A stretch of 33,653 nucleotides of DNA from an uncultured Pirellulales bacterium (GTDB taxonomy: Bacteria > Planctomycetota > Phycisphaerae > Sedimentisphaerales > Anaerobacaceae). The position numbers and the translations under genes were made by a program. Location of the stretch: NCBI GenBank assembly GCA_964431375.1, contig CAYSJK010000001.1:1-33653 (forward strand). The letters run 5' to 3'. The notes below the pieces were generated by a model. The model saw nothing but the letters and a program-made list of their open reading frames with translations, was not told where the DNA came from and did no database searches. Positions 26,431 through 33,637 of this stretch are shown here, one piece after another; positions within the stretch are counted from its first letter, which is position 1, and each line of letters starts with the position of its first letter.

Positions 26431-28170
26431 ATGATACAACTTGCTAAAAAAATAACCGGTTTGTTGCTAACAGCTTCTCTGGTGGCTATGTTAGCTCTTA
26501 ACAGCGCCATTGCCGCAAACGAAGGTCAACAACTGCAACCTCAAGGCCTTAATCACGCTGGAATTTACCCCTTAAAACAGATTAATCCTGCTTTGACTGG
26601 CTCAGGCGTCGGATTCGCTGTTATTTGCCGAAGCATTACTTATGTTGACGGTGAACCACAAAACGATTACCGACCGAACATCGGCCATCAATGCTTTGGT
26701 GCCGCGAGGTTTAGCTTCCACGACCGCGGTGAGCTGCCCGCAGGCGTTTCACCACATTCGACAGCTATCTGCTCCATATTGTTCGGTGAAGACCCCACTG
26801 CTTTTAACTCGCAGCTGGGAAAATTCTACTATCAAGGTGTTGCACCAAACGCTCAGGTCGATGTTTACGAATTTTGGCATTTTTTGGTCAGTAATGTACT
26901 CACTTACTCCCCGCCTGATGCTGATATTGTTGTCGCCGGCATTGGCAGCCAGTCCCAGGACTGGTGGACAAGGGGCATTGAATCATTGGCAGAACACCAC
27001 GGCCTTATTATCGTGGCCGGCATCGGTAACGGCTTAAATGCCAACGACCCGGTCCTTTATCCAGCCGCCGGAGCAAATGTTATTGGAGTCGGGGTGCTCG
27101 CTTCGGTAGATACTGAAAATCTTGCAACTAATCTGGCACATTTTGCTCTGGCCTATCCGGAGCATTCGAGTCTCGGCCCGACTGCAGATGGACGATGCAA
27201 GCCTGACATCGTTGCTCCCGGCAACCTGCTGGCCGCCGATGCAAACGACAAAAATCGATATGAACCGACTGGCGATTGGTCGAGCTTCTCAACGCCAACC
27301 GTAGCCGGAGCAATCGGGCTGCTTGTTCAAAAAGCCAAACAGGACCCAAATCTCAGTTCCGCTGTTTCGCCAGAGGGTGGAAACTGTGTTGTTAAATCTA
27401 TTCTTCTCAATTCTGCAACGAAACTGCCCTTCTGGCATAAAGGTCAACTCCCCATCGACGACGACCATCTGGTACCGCTTGACTATATTCAGGGTGCAGG
27501 TATGTTAAATGCTGTCGGTGCATATGAAAATCTAATCGCCGGCCAAAACGCTCCTGGCGTTTGTCCGACAACCGGCTGGGATTTAAACCAGCTGGACGAA
27601 AGCGAGACCCTGCAAAACATCTACAAAATCTCACTCAAAGAACCAGCTAATAAAATCATCACTGTCACGGCTGCCTGGAACAAACACTACAGCAGCTCTT
27701 ATCCTTTTGAGCCGTTACCGGATAAAGACATTGATGTTCGGCTTGAACTGTGGGCTGTTGACCTTGATGACCCAAACAACGATTATCTGCTCGATTACAG
27801 TGACAGCAGCGTTGACAATGTCGAGCATATTTATGCTGCCACGGATGCTAACTACTCCAACTACGAAATTGTCCTTTCTATCAATGACGTTAATCAACAG
27901 GAAGAATCGGCCGAATCCCAGCGATACGGATTAGCCTGGAACATCAGCCATAAACAGGACAACGACTCTATCTTTTGGTATGACTTAAACGCCGACGGCA
28001 TTGTTAACGAATCAGACCTTATTACGCTATTCAACAACTTGCTGGCCAACACTAAATCAACTAAAAATTATATGTTCGGAGACATCAATACTAACGGCGA
28101 AATTGATATCAACGATATACAAATCCTTATGAACCACAGCAACCTCAAAGCCGAATGGCACACCGAATAG
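26431..28170 (+). CDS. S8 peptidase-like secreted protein with C-terminal dockerin-type repeats and a non-canonical Asp motif
   Basis: The ORF runs 26344-28170. The ATG at 26431 has GGAG 7 nt upstream and gives the signal peptide MIQLAKKITGLLLTASLVAMLALNSAIA. S8-like blocks are HSTAICSIL (His), GVAPNAQV, VAGIGNG (Asn), KPDIVAPG and WSSFSTPTVAGAIGLL (Ser). The expected V-D-T-G block reads FAVICRS. The tail has DLNADGIVNESD and DINTNGEIDIND, a dockerin/EF-hand-like pair. Confidence 0.8.
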   Translation: MIQLAKKITGLLLTASLVAMLALNSAIAANEGQQLQPQGLNHAGIYPLKQINPALTGSGVGFAVICRSITYVDGEPQNDYRPNIGHQCFGAARFSFHDRGELPAGVSPHSTAICSILFGEDPTAFNSQLGKFYYQGVAPNAQVDVYEFWHFLVSNVLTYSPPDADIVVAGIGSQSQDWWTRGIESLAEHHGLIIVAGIGNGLNANDPVLYPAAGANVIGVGVLASVDTENLATNLAHFALAYPEHSSLGPTADGRCKPDIVAPGNLLAADANDKNRYEPTGDWSSFSTPTVAGAIGLLVQKAKQDPNLSSAVSPEGGNCVVKSILLNSATKLPFWHKGQLPIDDDHLVPLDYIQGAGMLNAVGAYENLIAGQNAPGVCPTTGWDLNQLDESETLQNIYKISLKEPANKIITVTAAWNKHYSSSYPFEPLPDKDIDVRLELWAVDLDDPNNDYLLDYSDSSVDNVEHIYAATDANYSNYEIVLSINDVNQQEESAESQRYGLAWNISHKQDNDSIFWYDLNADGIVNESDLITLFNNLLANTKSTKNYMFGDINTNGEIDINDIQILMNHSNLKAEWHTE

Positions 28171-28453
28171 CACATTCATAAATGTCTTGTTGTTTGCAGT
28201 TTCGAAAATCTTCCGCTCAATTGCCATAGCCGTTAATTTAGGTAATTTATGAGATGTGTCCTATAATCCATATTGATTTATCCCATTTTTGGGCAATTTA
28301 CGCCCTCTAATATAGGCACCCCGCACAATTTTTTAACGATTTTTTTCTTCTCGCATGCCTGGCAAAATCCGCGTTTTTCTTCCATTAATAAGGATTAATT
28401 AGAATTCAGCCGCCATTTAATCCCCTTTTTCTACATAATTTTTTATTTTTTTC

Positions 28454-28482
28454 TTGAAATTTCTCCATGAATCAAGTATAAT
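28454..28482 (+). promoter_or_regulatory. Sigma70-like promoter TTGAAA-N17-TATAAT
   Basis: The -35 is at 28454-28459 and the -10 at 28477-28482. This implies a ~180-nt leader before the ATG at 28672. Confidence 0.5.
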
Positions 28483-28671
28483 TCAAAAAATTAAGGAGGA
28501 GTGGTGGTAAGGCTTTTGCTACGTCTTATATCAAGCTTTCCCCCTCAAAAAAAGGATTGCACTTCTAAGTTTAAGCACGGATGACAAATATACTAATGCG
28601 CGCGAAGGAAAGGATTTATCCTGAAATGTAGTTTATCGCGAGAGATAAGGTACCTATTAAGGAGATAAGCT

Positions 28672-29421
28672 ATGCAACAGCATGAAGAGAATAACTCGTT
28701 AGTAAACCAGACGATATCAAAACTCCTTGATTTTGAAAGCGGGCCGGTGACCAAAGTAAAAGAAAACAAATCCCCGGAGCTGCTCGACGTCCTTCCTGCA
28801 GACTTTCCATGCTTTGCTGACACTCCTGAAAATACCGAAGGTCAAATCCAGGAGAATTGGCACCAGCACGAAAACGAAGCCTTGGGAAAACATATTCCCT
28901 CACGCAAAGGCCAGATATTTGTCGTTGCTGCGGGCGTATTTCTGCTCCTGGCTGTCTGTGTCTCGATCGGAAATAAGCTGCCGCTTCCTCTGGGTTTCGA
29001 AGCGGTAAAATCAACTTACGGCAACGTGTTTTACATATGCATGTTGGTGTTTGCCGGATTTGTCTTGAGTCTCACTACTTGGCTACACTGGACAAAAAAG
29101 CTCACCAGGACCGCAAATATAGTCGTTATTATCGCAGTTGTATTGTCAATATTATTACCAATCCTGACAGTAGGGCCGGGAAGTGAAAATAATGAGATAG
29201 GAGGAATAAGCAGAACTCTCTCGGGCTTTCCTCTCACTTCAAAGGCGCCTGTCTACGAACCGATAACTGGCATCATCTACAGCGAAGACAGACCAGCTGC
29301 CATAATCGGCTCCAGAATCGTTCACGAGGGAGATACCACTCACGGAATTAAAATCTTCAAAATCCACAAGGACAAGGTTGAATTTGAAGCAAACGGAAAA
29401 AGGTGGATACAAGGGCTATAA
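28672..29421 (+). CDS. Membrane protein of unknown function (3 TM helices) with a C-terminal PilP/GspB-like beta motif
   Basis: AAGGAG lies 7 nt upstream. The N-terminus is acidic, followed by three hydrophobic helices. The C-terminal ITGIIYSEDRPAAIIGSRIVHEGDTTHGIKIFKIHKDKVEF resembles the short beta domain at the end of T2SS/T4P accessory proteins. That is an eye-level similarity only. Confidence 0.55.
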   Translation: MQQHEENNSLVNQTISKLLDFESGPVTKVKENKSPELLDVLPADFPCFADTPENTEGQIQENWHQHENEALGKHIPSRKGQIFVVAAGVFLLLAVCVSIGNKLPLPLGFEAVKSTYGNVFYICMLVFAGFVLSLTTWLHWTKKLTRTANIVVIIAVVLSILLPILTVGPGSENNEIGGISRTLSGFPLTSKAPVYEPITGIIYSEDRPAAIIGSRIVHEGDTTHGIKIFKIHKDKVEFEANGKRWIQGL

Positions 29422-29569
29422 AAAACGCAAAAGCCCTGTTTAGAAACAAATATCACCTGCTGCTTACATAGTCTCAACAACACAATCACGTTATAAAAAC
29501 CGCCAAATTATTCTTTCAATTCCACTGCTTTTCTGCTAAAAATATTACTCGAAACACGAATTCTGCAAT

Positions 29570-29584
29570 ACTATATACGATATT
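29570..29584 (+). promoter_or_regulatory. Second copy of ACTATATACGATATT, 3 nt before the aroA ATG
   Basis: Exact match to 19120-19134. No Shine-Dalgarno sequence lies between the motif and the ATG. Confidence 0.35.
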
Positions 29585-29587
29585 ATT

Positions 29588-30889
29588 ATGAAGCTGATTG
29601 TAAAAAAATCCCGGCTTACAGGTACGGTAGTGATTCCTGCTTCCAAGTCACATACCATTCGTGCCGTTGCGCTCGGCTCTTTAGCTGCCGGCCAAAGTCT
29701 CATCCGTAATCCGCTGTCCTCTTCAGACACCCAGGCGGCATTGGCCGCTTACCGGGCCCTCGGCGCTCGAATTGACACATCCGACTCCAAACTCTGGAAG
29801 GTAAACGGTACTGCCGGAAATATTTCTGCTCCATCTGAAATTATCGATGTGGGTAACTCCGGCACAACACTGCGTATCGCAATGGGTTCCGCCGCTCTGG
29901 CTTCCGTTGGCCAAACCATCGCATTTACCGGTGATGAGCAAATCCGGACCCGACCTGTCGGGCCTTTGATGAACTGCCTCGTTGATTTAGGAGCAAAATG
30001 CAAATCTCTTAACAACAATGGCAAAGCCCCCCTCAAAGTAACCGGCAAACTGACAGGCGGACATACTACCATTGCTGCATCTACCAGCCAGTATCTTTCC
30101 AGCCTGCTTCTGTGCACACCCCTGGCCAAAAAAGATACTGAGATAGATGTTACCCTGCTAAACGAGCCCGGTTACGTACAAATGACACTCGACTGGCTCG
30201 ATAAACAAAAAATAAAATATGAGAACCAAAAGTTCCGAAAATTCAAAATAAAAGGCAATCAAAGCTACAATTGCTTTGATGATACAATTTGTGCCGATTT
30301 CTCCAGTGCGACCTTCTTTCTCTGCGCTGCTGCATTATGTGCAGATGAGGTAACCTTGCTCGGCCTGGATTTCTCAGATAGCCAGCCGGATAAAGCCGTA
30401 GTCGATTACTTAAAAGCGATGGGAGCCGATATAACCACCGAATCGAATTCGGTAACGGTCAAATCCGCCCCGCTCAAAGGCGTTGAGATAGATTTGAACC
30501 AAACTCCGGACGCCCTGCCGGCAATGGCTGTTACAGCAGCTTTTGCCGAAGGCACTACACGTCTTGTTAATGTTCCTCAGGCACGAAGCAAGGAGACCGA
30601 CAGAATCAAATGTATGGCCGAGGAGCTTAAAAAAATGGCAGTAGCCGTTGAAGAGCTGCCCGATGGACTTATAGTACATGGCAGCTTACAAGTCACGAGT
30701 CACGAGCAACGAGCGACGAATTATCTGGACGGCAGAAGTGACCATCGAATTGTGATGGCTTTGTCGTTAGCCGGTTTGGCTATTGACGGCGGGTGTTGCA
30801 TCGATACTGCTGAAGCGATTAGTGTAACATTCCCTGAGTACGTAAATTTGATGAGAACCATCGGCGCAAATATGAAATTAACCGCTTAA
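29588..30889 (+). CDS. aroA: 3-phosphoshikimate 1-carboxyvinyltransferase (EPSP synthase)
   Basis: 433 aa. Motifs are IPASKSHTIRA, GNSGTTLR, RPVGPL, and SDHRIVMALSLAGL near the C-terminus. Confidence 0.93.
   Translation: MKLIVKKSRLTGTVVIPASKSHTIRAVALGSLAAGQSLIRNPLSSSDTQAALAAYRALGARIDTSDSKLWKVNGTAGNISAPSEIIDVGNSGTTLRIAMGSAALASVGQTIAFTGDEQIRTRPVGPLMNCLVDLGAKCKSLNNNGKAPLKVTGKLTGGHTTIAASTSQYLSSLLLCTPLAKKDTEIDVTLLNEPGYVQMTLDWLDKQKIKYENQKFRKFKIKGNQSYNCFDDTICADFSSATFFLCAAALCADEVTLLGLDFSDSQPDKAVVDYLKAMGADITTESNSVTVKSAPLKGVEIDLNQTPDALPAMAVTAAFAEGTTRLVNVPQARSKETDRIKCMAEELKKMAVAVEELPDGLIVHGSLQVTSHEQRATNYLDGRSDHRIVMALSLAGLAIDGGCCIDTAEAISVTFPEYVNLMRTIGANMKLTA
30692..30719. repeat. Tandem heptamer GTCACGA GTCACGA GCAACGA GCGACGA inside aroA
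   Basis: Read directly. It encodes VTSHEQRAT, which appears to be extra sequence between the conserved DGL-I-G and DHR blocks. Confidence 0.75.
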
Positions 30890-30914
30890 TGTAGGGTGGG
30901 GCTTGCCCCACCAA
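30890..30914. repeat. REP-like hairpin element TGTAGGGTGGGGCTTGCCCCACCAA (copy 1)
   Basis: The stem pairs GGTGGGG with CCCCACC around the loop CTTG. It lies immediately after the aroA TAA. There is no T-tract, so it is a poor intrinsic terminator. Confidence 0.6.
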
Positions 30915-31124
30915 TTCCACTGCAGGGGGTTTCCTTTTGTATTTTGAAAATTCGAATTTCTTTGCCTGTCCCCGAATGTTTTGGTCGGGGATCTCGGATT
31001 TAGGATTTCGTGCTTCGGATTTATTCGATTTATCGAAATCCCCTTTGCATTTTCCGCCACATAAACTATAATTACTAACCGTACCAGCGGAGACCGACAA
31101 CCGAGTCTAATTATTCGTAAATAA

Positions 31125-31152
31125 AATGTAGGGTGGGCTTGTAGCCCACCAA
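31125..31152. repeat. REP-like hairpin element AATGTAGGGTGGGCTTGTAGCCCACCAA (copy 2)
   Basis: It shares the AATGTAGGGTGGG and CCCACCAA flanks with copy 1. The stem pairs GGTGGGCT with AGCCCACC. It is in direct orientation, 235 nt from copy 1. Confidence 0.6.
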
Positions 31153-31218
31153 AATATAAATTTCTAACAAAAATTGTCGTATAGCTCTGCCCCTGGCCCC
31201 AAGGGCACAGGTATTATT

Positions 31219-32019
31219 ATGTTATCCATGATAGCAAAATATCCATTATTTAATTTAGTTTCAGACATTACTTGTCCCTTTGAGGTTGGAGAAGGAATAT
31301 ATATCTCTACCAATGACATCGATGTTGAAGCTATTGAATCATACAACATGTCAACCGAGGACAAGGAACATTTATTAGAACCATCCTTCTGTTTGGTAAT
31401 TGATAAAAACAAACACAAACCTGAAGTTGCTTCCATAACATTCATAATATCTGCTAGGCTGATTAAGAGGTCGAAAGTATTTATACGTTATAGAGTTGAT
31501 AATTATAGCGAGTTAATAAAAATACGTGATGATTATCCCTTTGTCACATCTTCAGAAGCAACAGAAATGATTACTCCTTCAGAATTTCAGCGATTATGCA
31601 AATTATTTTCGGCATTGAATTTCTTTAAAAAGATCAATACCAGAACATCAAATTCAGTTTACTTCCTGAGCATGGCCTATAGATCGAGAAAATGGATGGA
31701 ATCTTTGTTATTTCTTGTTTGTGCCCTTGAAACCTTAACTTCAGCATCTGAACGGGAAAGAAATGTCAAGAGTAAGTTTACCGATAGGATTCATCATTTT
31801 ATTGGATACAACAAAGATGAGCTAGCATTGATTTATAATATCAGGTCTGAACTTGTTCATGGAAGATATCAATGGGAATCCGGAGAGAAAAATCTTCGAT
31901 TGAATCGTATTGCTGAAGAGGCATGTAGAAAAGTATTTGGAAAAATTCTCCTTGAAACAAACTATAGTGAATTATTCAAAGATGATAATAAAAGACTCGA
32001 TATGTTTGAAAATGGATAA
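31219..32019 (+). CDS. HEPN-like protein (Rx4H motif), otherwise uncharacterised
   Basis: The ORF runs 31174(TTG)-32019, with the first ATG at 31219. The C-terminal helical region has LLFLVCALETLTS, then ~45 aa later IYNIRSELVHGRY (R-x4-H, codons 31843-31860). The N-terminal ~140 aa have no motif I recognise. AT-rich codon usage. Confidence 0.5.
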   Translation: MLSMIAKYPLFNLVSDITCPFEVGEGIYISTNDIDVEAIESYNMSTEDKEHLLEPSFCLVIDKNKHKPEVASITFIISARLIKRSKVFIRYRVDNYSELIKIRDDYPFVTSSEATEMITPSEFQRLCKLFSALNFFKKINTRTSNSVYFLSMAYRSRKWMESLLFLVCALETLTSASERERNVKSKFTDRIHHFIGYNKDELALIYNIRSELVHGRYQWESGEKNLRLNRIAEEACRKVFGKILLETNYSELFKDDNKRLDMFENG

Positions 32020-32147
32020 CATCCAGATAGAGAGGGACGGCCTGATGGCTGTCGGTTATCCGCGGCGTTAGGCACAATAATAGCTTATGGGAAATTCCAT
32101 GTAAGATATACAATAGAACTGCTTTGAATAATCAGAAATGGAGATAA

Positions 32148-32738
32148 ATGAAGCAATTTATAGCAATACTATTACTTATTCCTGTTATTCTTTTTGTTTT
32201 TTTTGCATTTAGAGAATCAAAAAAACAAAACAAGGAAGATAAAATTGTTATAGCAGAAGAAAAAAAAGAAACGGGGAATAGATTCTTTCAAGTGGGATTA
32301 ATAATAGAAGCAGAAAATGAGACCCTAAAAGAACAAATCAAGGTTTCTTTTAGTAAAGATTTAGAGAAACTTACTGATGTCGATGTTGAAGTAAATGGAA
32401 ATAAAGAAATCTTCGTAGGAAGAAATTTATTTATTATACGTTTTAGTATTGAAGAAATTAAACCAACTAATGAATTATTGTCAACTGTAATATTTACTAA
32501 AATGGGTAATGGTAGTGATTTAGATTTTTCTCTTTCCGATTACAGAGATTCGGAACAACTTGATACGTTACTATCTGAAAAGGAGTTCTATATTGATTAT
32601 TGTGTTAGATATTTTGACATAAATACTATAGATGTTTTTACCAAGAACATATCTGAAGTCTTAAATGAAAGTATATTAGAACCCAAGAGAGAAGACTTTA
32701 GGAGAGCAATAGAAATACTCAGAAAAAGAATGAAATAA
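32148..32738 (+). CDS. Membrane-anchored hypothetical protein (single N-terminal TM helix)
   Basis: GGAG lies 4 nt upstream of the ATG. MKQFIAILLLIPVILFVFFAF is followed by a Lys/Glu-rich soluble region. No recognisable domain. Very AT-rich. Confidence 0.5.
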   Translation: MKQFIAILLLIPVILFVFFAFRESKKQNKEDKIVIAEEKKETGNRFFQVGLIIEAENETLKEQIKVSFSKDLEKLTDVDVEVNGNKEIFVGRNLFIIRFSIEEIKPTNELLSTVIFTKMGNGSDLDFSLSDYRDSEQLDTLLSEKEFYIDYCVRYFDINTIDVFTKNISEVLNESILEPKREDFRRAIEILRKRMK

Positions 32739-32766
32739 AGAAAAAGCGAATTATTAAATCAAAACC

Positions 32767-32808
32767 AAAAAAAATTCTCCCCAGCTTCGCATAACTCTAA
32801 GAGAATTA
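32767..32808 (-). terminator. Terminator-like hairpin with U8 tail on the minus strand
   Basis: AATTCTC (32774-32780) pairs with GAGAATT (32802-32808). The 21-nt loop is large. On the minus strand the stem is followed directly by TTTTTTTT (32775-32768). It could also end the plus-strand islet genes, but weakly. Confidence 0.3.
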
Positions 32809-32859
32809 AGGGTCTCCGTGACCTTTTTGAGTTATAATGGTCAACGCAAGATTGTAATC

Positions 32860-32915
32860 CCTGCGGGAGCAGGGACAGAAATCGAATTCGGTTAGCCCCG
32901 TGTTTCACGCGGGGA
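32860..32915 (+). other. Two adjacent GC hairpins (CCCTGC-GGGA-GCAGGG and CCCCGTG-TTTCA-CGCGGGG)
   Basis: Read directly. The second, with its flanks (GGTTAGCCCCGTGTTTCACGCGGGGATTAAACG), resembles a type I-E CRISPR repeat in shape and 3' handle. It is solitary. Confidence 0.4.
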
Positions 32916-33295
32916 TTAAACGCTTTGTAAAAACAGAAATCAATCATTAAAGAGATACCCTTATGCAACGGTTTGTCCGTAAACCTCGATGTCTTTGTGC
33001 ACGATTGTCTATAACCAATTCTCTAATCCTCCAATTTTACGAACTTTTAACTTTAGTCATTTTAGCTCACTTTTAACTCCTCCCTCTGTGGCTTATATTT
33101 TTGAATTTTGGACATTTGAATTTTGATATTGTTTCGAATTTCGAGCTTAGCATTTCGAGTTTATACGAGATACGCTTCACGCTTCATCCATCCACATTCT
33201 TGTTTTCAGAAAGAAACCGTGGGGACGAGGTACGAATAAAATCCGTGGTTAGAATACAGTCAGCTTAAAAAGTAAGTCAGCTTATCTGACTTTGC

Positions 33296-33534
33296 CTGCC
33301 CTGCGTAGTTGAACAACGAAGCGGGGTGGTCGAAGGCAACATTCTATGACAAAGCTGGCTTTGGGAGTAGAATTTGCCGAGAACACCAAGCTGACTGAAT
33401 TCCTCTGTGTTCTCTGCTTGTCCCGCCAAAGCCTTGGCGACGGCGGATGAGCTCTCCATAAGGAGTCCCAAGGACTGTGGTTAAAATTCTTTGTGCTGGA
33501 GCCTGTCCCGCCATAGCTTTAGCGAAGGCGGATG
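33296..33534. repeat. Three members of a structured repeat family (outer GC stem / 3x3 internal loop / short inner stem)
   Basis: The units are at 33299-33326 (CCCTGC GTA GTTG AA CAAC GAA GCGGGG), 33419-33449 and 33504-33534. The last two are 31-nt copies differing at 4 positions. Confidence 0.6.
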
Positions 33535-33551
33535 CCTTCGTGGCTGAATAT

Positions 33552-33576
33552 CTCTGTGTACTCTGTGTTCTCTGTG
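33552..33576. repeat. 9-nt-period tandem CTCTGTG(nn) x3; a shorter copy at 33403-33416
   Basis: CTCTGTG occurs at 33552, 33561 and 33570. CTCTGTGTTCTCTG occurs at 33403-33416 next to the preceding hairpin unit. Confidence 0.6.
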
Positions 33577-33609
33577 GCAAAAAAAAATGATAAAAAAGCC
33601 GATTTCTGC

Positions 33610-33637
33610 TTGAAAAACCAGCCATATCTGGTATAAT
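33610..33637 (+). promoter_or_regulatory. Sigma70-like promoter TTGAAA-N16-TATAAT pointing out of the window
   Basis: The -35 is at 33610-33615 and the -10 at 33632-33637. No gene start is visible before the window ends. Confidence 0.4.

Noticed and set aside
28483-28671. Possible riboswitch or leader peptide in the ~180-nt leader of the 28672 gene (strong AAGGAGGA at 28493-28500)
   Set aside because: GTG follows the SD-like sequence with zero spacing, and the resulting ~27-codon frame has no distinctive features. I could not match any riboswitch consensus. Only weak 5-bp hairpins are present.
30890-30914. Rho-independent terminator for aroA
   Set aside because: A good GC stem is present, but it is followed by AATTCC rather than a T-tract. 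The same element recurs at 31125-31152, so it is better called a REP-like repeat. It may still pause or stabilise transcripts.
30819-31100. ORFs 30819-31100 and 30878-31060 (minus strand)
   Set aside because: They are translations of the REP hairpin and the CGGATTT-type simple repeats, and they overlap the aroA 3' end. Not credible genes.
32860-32923. Possible CRISPR array (type I-E-like repeat shape)
   Set aside because: There is only one copy of the repeat-like sequence. The neighbouring hairpin has a different sequence. There is no repeat-spacer periodicity and there are no cas genes in the window. I kept it only as a hairpin/ncRNA curiosity.
33277-33625. ORFs 33277-33471 and 33344-33625 (minus strand), and 32759-32968
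   Set aside because: Their reading frames are built from hairpin and tandem repeats (AKALAGQA / AKAMAGQA are translated palindromes). There are no RBSs. Better explained as structured non-coding DNA.
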